DNA from: Mytilus edulis | Taxonomy: Eukaryota | Assembly: GCF_963676685.1 (NCBI RefSeq) | Contig: NC_092353.1 | Coordinates: forward strand, 51,026,001 to 51,090,000 | Length of the DNA stretch: 64,000 bases | Direction: 5' to 3' | Program-made: the position numbers and the translations under genes | Notes under the pieces: model-generated | Told to the model about the DNA's origin: nothing | The model's input: the letters and a program-made list of their open reading frames with translations, nothing else | Database searches by the model: none | Shown here: in pieces, positions 53,216 through 64,000 of the stretch | How positions within the stretch are numbered: position 1 is the stretch's first letter | How the letters are laid out: each line of letters opens with the position of its first letter

Positions 53216-53220
53216 TTCAT
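53216..53220 (-). CDS. C1qDC probable exon 1 coding part (ATG AA)
   Basis: caaaATG AA|GTAGGT gives the phase-2 junction exon 2 requires (M-N-Y-F-H...), predicting a ~190-aa secreted protein. Confidence 0.55.
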
Positions 53221-56200
53221 TTTGAATCCTCAGTTTTGATGAATTAAAGCTTTTGTTGTTTGATTGTGTAATACACTCATTGAAAATGTGGTTCACCTGA
53301 AGACATTTTATATCATCATGATCATGCAATCCTAATATCAAAACAAATAATCTAAATCCATTTTTGGCAGAGTTTTTAAAAAAAACCCCAGCTGTTACCC
53401 TTTCACAGAATTTCAAGTCACGACAAATAACAAATATGATTTCTTCTACGCAATTTTTAAAATTTAATTTAATGCTAATTTAAATGCAAAAAATAACTAT
53501 AATTGATATATTCACTTAGTTTAGTGGCTTGCTTCGTGAAGGGCATTGAAAATGAAGGGGGCTTTCCACGTTTAACAATACAATGTGGAAGACTGGCGTT
53601 ATTTCAATAATGTATGTTTCTTGGGGTGTTGCCTCTAATTATATAGAACAACTCCTTTTATTAAAATTCATTAATAAATTTCAGTTTTTGATTTTGTATA
53701 TAGTTTTGAATTTGTTTTTGTTAGATTAGTTCAATAACATAAGGTAAAGAGAATATTGCTCGATAAAAATCAAAATGAATTCTATAAAAAGCCCTTTACT
53801 ACCAATGTTCCATTTTTTTAAAGCAGCCATTTATTATGTATCTCATAGGCCAGACTGCACAGTATCAGTACTTGATAAAATATAGTTCGTGGACATATAG
53901 GGGAAATGGTTAACCAATACAATAAGTTCTGAAGACAAGCCAATGGGGCTTGAGTGACATATCGTATATTTGGCTCGTTTTTAACACTCTGGTTAGAAAA
54001 AAAACCAACAACACCTAGTTTAACTTAACTTCCGAATAGCATTAAATAGATAATATATGAGATGGCATGACACATTTGATATAATAAAAATTCAAGTTTG
54101 TAATACATTTTTGCTGGTTTATTTTTAATTTGGTATACCATGATGCTGTCATGGCTAGATGATGTATAGTTTTCGGCCTTGTCATTCATCCTGAAAACTA
54201 GACTATACCATTTACAAAATAATTGTATTTCCATTTATGCTGACAATTATCCAATGATCAGTGAGAAAGTTATATTGAAAACTTTACATTTTTCTTTACT
54301 TTTTAAATAATTGTCAGTATCTCACAGTCATATGTTTCCCCCTTCCCGTAAATCGAAACCTTCTTAGGCGTGGGACTATACAACTCAATATATTTCTAGT
54401 GTTGCTCTTCTTCTTTAGCGTAAACAAATGTAGTCTAAGGATTTAAATACATGTAGTTTGAAAATCTAGTTACAATTTGCGATCATTCATCCGGTGGGGA
54501 CTCAAATTTCTGTTTTGAACATGTCCAAAACAGGCTCATCGACAGTCGATGCACTAAGCGAGTTCCAAGAGTTGCTTACTCATTTATAGAAAAAGTTTTT
54601 TTGAAATTTAGTTTCTAGCAAATTGCCATGTTAACTAGGTCATAGCTTTGACCCCTACTATGCGATTCACTCATTTATAATAAAATGTCTGTGTTAGACA
54701 TATATGTTGTGTGAGTATATGTGTATGTGTCACACATGATATTGTCAAGTCTCGATTTTTCTAGATATTTGAGGCGAAGTATACGTAATTAACTAGTCCA
54801 CAGCTATTGTTTTTGATTTTACATGTGGATTATACTTGTAAAAATAGATCAGAATATAAAAATAAAAAAACAGGGTAACCGTGATTTTTTTTATATGGGA
54901 GATGATATCTGAGAACATGTATTTGCTAACTATTTGTATGGTTCTATTCAAATTACTTTGTGGTGGATCGTCAGTACCATAAGTAAAAGAATTCGTTTAA
55001 ATGTCGATTTTTTTTCTCAGATTAGAATATATTTAAGGGTTATTTGTAACGACAATGTCTGACATGATTCTTGGGGCTAGAAAATAAACCTCTGTGTTTT
55101 TTTTTATTTTATTAATTCGTTGAAAATATCTCCTCCAAAGCTGGTCAGAGCAAAAACAAGTTTTGACCAGTATGGAAATGATATCAACAAAAGAACCTTT
55201 GTGAGCATGCTTCAAAGACTCATAACTGCTACAGATGTCATCTGATAAAATTTCAAGTGAATGTTATGAACATCTACTAAATATGTCTAAATATCTAAAA
55301 AGTTATAGTATTCAATATGAAAAAGGTTTTGCAAAAATATTTTCTTTCATTTTTGTTTTGGTTAAATGGATACAAATATAAGTGATACCAATACAGTAAG
55401 GCAGTTTTGTTGTGGTATGAAAAATTAGTATTTAACATTAACTGTTAATTCATGCAAATTTAGAAGTAAACAAATGAATGATGAATGAAGAACATGTACA
55501 ATGAAATATACTTTTAGAAATCAATTAGGGCAGATAGGCTTTATAACTTTTGGTCTTTTTTTAACATTCTGAATGACAATTTACAATCATGATCAGTAGG
55601 CAGTACAGATGTTTAAAAATAAAGTGTAACAAAACAACTTGTAATCGTGTTGCTAGTAGCGCTAGTAGCATTGTGTGGTAAATTTGTGCTTTTTTAAAAA
55701 TTCAAATTATGGACAAAAAATGTTTGGTTCAAATCTAAATAAAATGCTTTATCGCCCCCTTATACTTACATTGTACATAGAATGAATACCACTTTGACAA
55801 TTCTTTGTACATAAAAGTTGTCTGTAAAATCTTTATTAAACAAAGAATGAATAGCATTACAATGAACTGAGCTTAAAGCAAAGCACTTTAATAATACACT
55901 TAGACAAATAGCTCAATCCAGTGATATACTTTGTACTACAGGACCTTTATGAACATCCTATCGGTCAAAACCATATACCAAAAACATGCCATATTACATG
56001 GTTTGATCAGAAGTTCTGAAAAAGACATTAATTTTATTGTCTTATTTTAATGGAATTTAAGTAAATAGACTTAAATTCAGTTATCGCTGGGGCCACTGAC
56101 GGATTGTGTTTCTTGTTTTAGATTAACCTAACACGAGTGACGTTATATTCTGTGACGTAATGTAGTCCTTTTTAGAATTTCATCGCAGCAAGCAAGCTGT

Positions 56201-57004
56201 TTAAATTTCGTAAGCGGTAAAATTGAAATGGTAAAGAAGTGTTAGTATTGTATGGTTATATCCTGCCTCATGCTTCCAATGTTTATTAGAAATTATATAA
56301 TCTATTGCCTTATGCTGCCAATGTTTATTAGAAGTAATCTTAGAAAGAATTCACTTTACCGATCGTCATTTTTAAACCATATTTCATCGTCATATTTCAT
56401 AATGTTTATGGTAATTTTTAATTTCAAAGTTACATGTACAATACTATTTTATTTAATTTTCATTCTAAATTTAACGACCTTATTAAATGCTAAAACTATG
56501 TAGAATTTATATCCAAACCCCGTTCGTGAGCAAATAATGTCAATTCATCAAATGAAATTTATTAGTTATTTTAACTTGAAGACAAAAAAAATAGATATTT
56601 TTTTTAACCTATAATATTATAGTACTAAATACATGTAAGGACTTGATCCCTTAAAAAAAAACCCAACAACATTTAAACCAATAGATCGGAATTAACTGGT
56701 ACCACCGTTGCTAAGAACGAGTTGTAGATATAAAAAAAGAAAATATTTTAATATGTCTCATGATATGATCCCATACTTGTGCTCATATAATATGTGTCAT
56801 GTTATGTCCCATTGTAATGGGTCATCCACGTCGGTGGAAAGATAAACTGCACATGACTGTACCTGCATATTTGTCATCGAATTCATTAATGAAATTTTCA
56901 TGAAAATATATAATAAGTTATTCACGGTCAAGAATATCTGTATTGTACAAATAATTAGGCTTAAGACAAGTTTAATTGAAACTTGAAAACGTTTCCTCCC
57001 CCAG

Positions 57005-57306
57005 GTCACCACCAGGCCAGTAGTCAGCACTTCGGTGTTGACATAAGTAAAAAATATATGGTCAATCTAAAAAACAAAATAATTAAAGTATGAAATTTTC
57101 GAAATATTAGGATTTTCTCATCCCAGACATAGATGACCTTATCCGTATTTAGCACAACTTTTTGGAATTTTGAATCCCCAATGCTTTTCAACTTTGTACT
57201 TGTTTAGCTTTGTATTTTGTTTTATCTGAACGTCACTAATGAGTCTTATGTAGACCCAACGCACTTCTGGCGTATACAATTATAAGCCTGGTACCTTGAT
57301 TACTAA
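57005..57306 (+). mobile_element. Diverged retrozyme family B1 copy with a decayed hammerhead (~57228-57273)
   Basis: Colinear with 34480-34760; gtca-CTAATGA-gtcttatgtagac-CCAAC-GCAC-TTC-tggcgt. Confidence 0.75.
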
Positions 57307-58166
57307 TTTACGGACAAGAAGCTTATATATTATCGCATCTCACTTTCAAACAAGGAACATATATTAAAGAAATTGAAGAAGTTATACTATAATTGATGAA
57401 TGCTATACAAAAATTGTTAAAAAAATAGAACATGTTTCTGCCTAAACAATTAATATATGTAACAATTAAGTTATTCAAGACAATTTGCAGAGCCGGAATG
57501 AAGTTTCGATATTTGTGATCTTAGCGACATCTTAAATTACAAATATATGAGCTCATATTTTGACTCCGAGTTCAACAGTATTTGATATTACTTCTTAATG
57601 TTGCGTGCTGTTTGGATAAGCAGCTAATACCAAATTTACATTTTGGTTTAAACCGGCAAGGGTTCGAAGCAATGGTCCTCTTTTCTGGTTATAATTAATG
57701 AGTTCTCAACTAAAATTTGTAATTCTCATATGGTAAAAGAGAATTTTTTTGACAATTTTTGAACTTTTAAGGTAAAATTATGTTGTATTCTACTAAATAT
57801 TTCAATGTCCAGAGAAAATGTTACGGCCATGTTCCATATTTGGAATATTTCTACTATATTGCATTTGTTTTAGTATCAACATATGCTCATTTTACAAAAA
57901 TCATACTGATTCATTTATTTCTATGAATAGTAGATGCTGCATTATAGATTTTATTGGTTCTCAAAGATTATGGATGCTCTCTCGATTAATTAATAACTTT
58001 TGTAGTTGTGAAATTGTTTTGTATAAGAAGCACTTCTTATTTCTGTATATAGCATATTTTAAAAAAGTGTCTCCGGATAATGAAGAACAAAATTAAAATT
58101 GCATCTTCACCTGTGATAGATGCTGATGTAATTCTTTTAATTTCATATTGAATACCTCAACGATTA

Positions 58167-58490
58167 GATTCTGGCTTCCAAATATTTTTAGATGCTGGCA
58201 TCCCATCACATTGGCATGATGACATCATATCAGTTTGGATACTAGTATGCCAAAATATTTGGATTCTGGCATCCCAAAATATCCGGATGCTGGCATTCCA
58301 AAATATCCGGATGCTTGCATCCCAAAAGATCTGGATGCTGGCATCCCAATATATCTGGATGCTGGCTTCCTACTATATCTGGATGCTGGCATTCCACTAT
58401 ATCTGGATGCTGGCATCCTAAATTATGCGGATGATGGCATCCCATAATATCCAGATGCTGGCATACCAAAAGATGGGGATTCTGGTATCA
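58167..58490. repeat. 21-bp minisatellite built on the palindrome GGATGC-TG-GCATCC
   Basis: About a dozen units of ctggatgctggcatcccaaaata; accounts for the DAGIP ORFs in the track. Confidence 0.9.
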
Positions 58491-60161
58491 CAACCATTCA
58501 GACAGTCCCTTTTTCATTATGTCATACGAATTTAAATGCTGCTTCCTAATCAATTTGATTTTAGTATTAATCCACCAATATAACACCCTGTACATTTCCT
58601 AAGGTTATGAAGTGTGTTGAATGCATATTAAAACAATCCAGAAAAATACTAATGAATGCCCGGAAGATGATATTTTTTTTCTTGGTTCATGTCCAGTGGC
58701 CAGTTTAGTGCATATTGAGAATATGAAATCATGGGTCAGACTGTGAAAGGTATACTTGACCAACATACTGAATTTGATTTGTAAAGTGCTAGTTCACCAT
58801 GTGAATGTGATGTCAACAATTTGATATTTATAAATCTATGTCAATGTACTAAGTTTCCAATAATTGGTAAATTTTGGTGTTATTGTTCTGACTTTGGTTA
58901 CCATTATGTAAAACATGTATACATGTTATTGACTATTGTAGTCTCGAGACAATACATTTATATATGATGACATACAATTTTCAAGTCTGATATGCTCATG
59001 TTTCGAATGTTCATAGAATAATTGTTTTGAAAATAAGCTTAATGCAATAGCCTACAGAATTGAAATCAAGTTTAGTAGTTCCCAAGGCTTTCGGAAATCA
59101 ACTAGAAATTCTTTTTTACTGAACTAGATTCTTTTTTGACAGGATAATCACACATATGATTTGGAAAAAAAAAAATACTGCTCATGTTGTAAGGCATATT
59201 ATCAATCAAATGAATTTTATTAAACCAATTTTTACTGGTCTTTGCCCAATGACCACCAACCTTGGGAATGTCTGATTAAGTAAGTCATCCAGGACATACA
59301 CTCTACAAAACAGATTGGTGACTGTACCTTTATGAAGATGCTAAATATGAGGTGCATTCAATGTATAAAGTAAGGAGATTAAAATCATTTGTTTCCCGCA
59401 CTATTGCCTGTATACAATAAAACATGTACCACAATGCTATATTTAAAAAAAATGTATTATCGATACTGGTGCAGTGTCTTTGATCTGTACGTACTGGATA
59501 TTGTCAGTATCTCTGGACTTGCTGTATACATCGTCCAATGTGTCAGTACATCATGTCAGCATCTTCTAGTATTGGAGTCTTTCCTTTCATTAACAAAACT
59601 TACATTTTCTTTATTACAATCATTATTAAACTTGTATTTTTTTCTGTATTTTATTTATTCAATATTTGTTAATCATTTAATCAAATCAGTCACACGAACT
59701 GGAACTTTCTAACTTTCTTTTATCATTTATTCCTAGTAATCTGAAATCAGCTGGAATCACAAATGATCTGGTGCTGTTTGAATGTTTCGTCGTCTGATTT
59801 TAACCTGTGCAATAACTATAAAGTGTTACGATACATTAATACACAACACATGAATAGTAACCAGAAAGGTATAGCCACTTCATCACAATTGCTGAAACGA
59901 GAAATATTATATGAAAGATTATCGACAAGAAATTTTTGTTAAAACATCACAACACTAGGGAACAGAAAGTAAATATTCATGTACAATGTATGATGTCATA
60001 CTAATGTAGTTTTAAATTAAATTAAATTTAAAGATTGCTTTCTAGCTCACTCGTGGTTTATGAATAAAAATAATACTTACACACCCCCTTCCCCACGAGA
60101 AACGCATTATTATTTGTAGAAAACCTTCATTTTAACCTCTTTTTCTTTTTTTTTTAACAAA

Positions 60162-60336
60162 ACTCATACCGCATAGTCATATATGAATCAGAGTGAATGT
60201 AAAATTTGAAATACTATGTTTTAAAAGAAAGAATGATATGCATTGCTTCTTTAAAAAACCAGTATTTCTTCTTTAAAAAAACAGTATTTCAAATTTTACA
60301 TTCACTCTGATTCATATATGACTATGCGGTATGAGT
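60162..60336. repeat. Perfect 54-bp inverted repeat with a 67-bp spacer
   Basis: Arm 60162-60215 is the exact reverse complement of 60283-60336. Confidence 0.9.
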
Positions 60337-61467
60337 CTTGTTCATTGTTAAAGGCCCTATGCTGACCTTTAATTGTAAACTGCTTAGTGCTTTATTATTT
60401 GGTTCGGTGGAGAGTTGTCTCATTGTAAGCAATGAATCATACCATTACTCAGAGATTACTCGGACTTCAAACAACTGGTTTGCAAGGCAAGCTAGGCCCA
60501 TGAGCGTAGGACTTCAGAGTAATCTCTGACGGGCACAAGTCAACTGGTTTTAGACCATTGCAAAAAAGAGGCAAACAACACATTAAATTTTTAGACCGAA
60601 AATTAAATCAAGTTTTTCGTACTTTATATTTCTTGACCTCAAAGGCTTCTTATCAGTGATGCAATGTAATGGTTTTCCTATAGGTCGTAGAGCTAGGGGT
60701 AAACATATTAATTTTGTGGACCTGATATTTTTACTGGCAATGGCCATATGGATGGTGATTACTCGTCTCGGTTCCAAGGGTTCACGTCGATCATATTTGT
60801 GTCAAAACAATTCAAATCACGCATTACGTCATGATTTTGTACACAGTCATTGGACAAAATGAGTTCCCAGTCAAAAAAAATCTTATCATTTCAACTAAAA
60901 TCGATATTTTTCAAAAAAATAATTCAAAGTAACTGTGTGAGCAATTTTCATAATATAGATACCAAAATATGTAGAAATGTCGGAAGTTTTATTATTTATA
61001 AAACCATGTCCGCCGATTTTAAACATTATTTTTAGATAACGTCATGCGGGTGTTATTTGCCGCAATAAGCACAGAAAAAAGTGCAAGCGCTTTCAGTATT
61101 AAACATTAGAAAAACTAATAAATAAGAGAATATTAAAAGGGTTATCTGTTTTCATTACTTTTCAAAAATTATTAACATCGGTAAAAGTGATTCTTAAGAA
61201 TTGATTTATTACTATGTTTACAGTCTCTGCATGAATCTCTACGCATGATGGTATATCACATCTAACGTCATAATGTCCCTGACGTCATTAAATGAAGTGT
61301 TGGGAGGAAAACAACAAACGGATTTTTGTTGTTGTATGAATTTTTTGCATTACACAAAATTATGCATTGCCATTGGAGTATATGCATAGAAATGCGGCCA
61401 AAACTATCAAGCAAAACTTGTAGGATTACTGCATTCGGATATTTTGCAATGTCTGCACTCCTACGGT

Positions 61468-61680
61468 TCTGGATGCCAGCATCCAGTTTTTTCGGTATGC
61501 CAGCATCCCAAAATAACGGGATACCAGCATCCCAATATGAAGGGATGTCAGCATCCCAATAAAACGGGATGCCAGCATCCAATAAAATCGGGATATATAG
61601 GATATTCAGCATCCAAAAAAATTAAAAAATATTAAAAAAAAGTAAAATGCAAAACTAGCATCCCAGTAAAAGTAAGATGC
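61468..61680. repeat. 21-bp minisatellite of the same motif as 58167-58490, in inverted orientation
   Basis: gggatgccagcatccc units about every 21 bp, decaying rightward. Confidence 0.85.
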
Positions 61681-63708
61681 TCCAGTACATTATTATTTTA
61701 ACAACAGCATCTACATAAAATTTTAATACTGGAAGCATAAAATCAAACAGACAGCATACGTACTATAAAAAGATGCCACCTTATGCAAAATATGAAAGCA
61801 ATTAAAAAATTGAGAAATAATTTGTCAAACTATTCAAAATTAGCATCTTTTCATTGAACTATGCTATTTCCTAGTTATTTCACGGAATGTATGAAAAAAA
61901 ACTGTACATGAGAATTTGAAATTTTAGTTGAGAACCCATTAACTGTAAATCAAACATTTTAACACAAAAAATACTTCCATGGGGGAATGCCTTTTTTGGT
62001 TTATAGTAGACCTGTTTTCTTATTTTGTTAAAACATCTCAATATATTACTAGAATATTGCATTTAATGTTGTAACACAAACAGTCACTGAAACTGGAAAT
62101 AACGTGTGATTGTGCCATCAAAATATTATGTACTGCAATGTACGCCAACATGTGTAGGATTCAGTTATATATCGAAATTGGAAACGTATACCTCGTGAGA
62201 ACAAAATGATGTATGCAATTAAATACGAATCTAAATATCTGCTCTCCCATATATTACTGAAAATTACAAAGGTATTATAAGGACACGTTTTGTCTATAAT
62301 TGTAAACTAAATATTCTGTTAAGTTTATTGCAAGAGATAAGAATGCTAATGGCCTATCGTAAAGTATTGAAGTTTTGACAAGTTCAAAATTGTTATTGAT
62401 TTCATAAAACCCATCAAACAAATGGAAAAAACGGTTAAATGCCTGAATTGGTAAAGGCATTTCCTTATGTTGAAAGTGTTGGATTAAACCTTATCTAGAT
62501 AAACCTTTCACTTGTATGATATTCGCAGAAAATTTCATTTTATTGACAACAGTGTGTGAAGAAAGAAAACATAAATTACAGATAAAAATGGCAAAAATAT
62601 TAAGATGACAAACAAAATCAGTACCTAGAAACTATAATTCAAGATTATCATGTACTTTTTTGTGAAGTTGATAAAGAATATTAATCATCAAGGTCTTGTT
62701 ATCTTTTGATGAACTTTCATAGAGAAAAGACGAGATGTTCTTAGACATAACCCTGGTTTATCAACGTTCTGTTGATACATTCGTTTAAAAAGTCTGATTA
62801 GCAGTTTCAGGCTTTTGAATACCAAATAACAATATGTAAACAAGAGAAGAAATTCAAGGAAGAGTATCTTTTTAAGAAGATGAAGATAAAGGGGTCTGTT
62901 CCTAGGTGAGAAAAATAAATTACAGTTTATTATCATAATTAATGTCGATAATGAGTGGTGATATGCATAGTCCAGGTTCCTGTACAAATTGTGACTTGGA
63001 TTGATAATTGTCGCATTGGCACTCATACCGCAATAAGATTTAAAATTGTTATGAAAACTAAACATTATGACGTTACAATTTCAATAACAATTCGGCCTGA
63101 TCAGAGTTAATAACGCTTATTGATCATGTTGATTATTAGAAAGTCCTTATATTTAATACCTATCGAAGCCAAATATAAAGTACAATGATTACTGGTCAGT
63201 CTATTATAAAAGTAGATCACAATATGAAGTGCATGAACATAACGAAAGGAAAAAGGAGTATATTTCGCAATCTGTCCATTATCTATCATGCTTTCAGCAC
63301 TTGTTTACGCTTAAGTGGTTTCTTCTTATCTTAGTTTAAAAACACATAAAAACACATTCTAACATCTACCAGAGACAGCAAAAAGTGAGAAAGCTAATTA
63401 TTGTCACTACTGTTAAAGTTTATATGAACGTTAAAAGATCTGTTTTTCGTAGACGTTATAATTATGTTTCATAATTAACTTAACAATTACAAGACACGTT
63501 ATGTAATAGAAAAGATGAAAAATTCATAAAAGGACAAATATAAAATGTTTAGGAGAACATCTATAATATCTTTAGGGACTAGCCTTTTTAACGCGCTTTC
63601 TGACAGTAAATAGTAATGTTCTCAAACTTAATGCACACCGTCGAAGCTGATTTAAGTTCCACAAGCGATAATACTTGATGTTTACCAATGGCGAAGTATC
63701 TAATTCAC

Positions 63709-63930
63709 TTAAGGTGGTAGACCTTGGTTCAGGGAGATAACTCTTTAAATCAGTTAAGCGTTTGTAAAAGTCAAGTTCATCGATGTATTTTAAGCATTTA
63801 CCTGAAACAGATTGAAATTAATCTATGTAACCTAGAAGCTTAAAATATATTTTTGAAAATGGTTGACACAAACGTACTGATCATTTTAAGAGTTATTTCC
63901 CTTAATCTAGGTCTACCTCCTTAAATCATG
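63709..63930 (+). mobile_element. Kolobok-like element left end
   Basis: TTAA|GGTGGTA...cagggagataactct resembles the 17599 MITE start; homologous to 39848-40140. Confidence 0.55.
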
Positions 63931-64000
63931 CCCTATAAAGCGGAAATATAACCTCAAAATTATTCATTATCACACCAATGTTTTACTTGGTTTGTACCGC

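Noticed and set aside
58225-58469. Repetitive ORFs (DAGIPKY / CQHPD repeats), also at 61268-61635
   Set aside because: By-product of a 21-bp minisatellite open in several frames on both strands; no splice or gene context.
58167-58490. CRISPR-like palindromic repeats
   Set aside because: Spacers are only ~7 nt and similar to each other; eukaryotic context; no cas genes.

Overview
AT-rich, intron-containing eukaryotic DNA. The repeat families, a secreted C1q-domain gene, IAP-type RING exons and Penelope-type retroelements point to a bivalve mollusc, probably a Mytilus mussel (inference). Most ORFs in the supplied track are spurious. Host coding sequence I can support, all on the minus strand: (i) two phase-1 exons of a Cys-rich extracellular protein running off the left edge (2469-2768, <1-298); (ii) two intact terminal RING-finger exons (24328-24518, 36656-36831) with degraded BIR/RING-like remnants nearby; (iii) a 3-exon secreted C1qDC gene (53220-51416). 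The rest is mostly transposon-derived: a 5'-truncated L2/CR1-group LINE with a 7-bp TSD (27045-30501), two Penelope-like RT remnants, TTAA-flanked Kolobok-like MITEs, an Academ-like MITE, and Helentron/pearl-type elements with internal satellites. The main signal is a set of hammerhead-ribozyme (HHR) retroelements. At least three families of minimal type-I HHR (two as ~355-360-bp retrozyme units) occur as tandem, nested and Penelope-inserted copies, with compensatory base changes and a shared fixed terminus. A separate (TA)n-inserted element has a near-consensus hammerhead about 10 nt upstream of a tRNA-like Pol III promoter.
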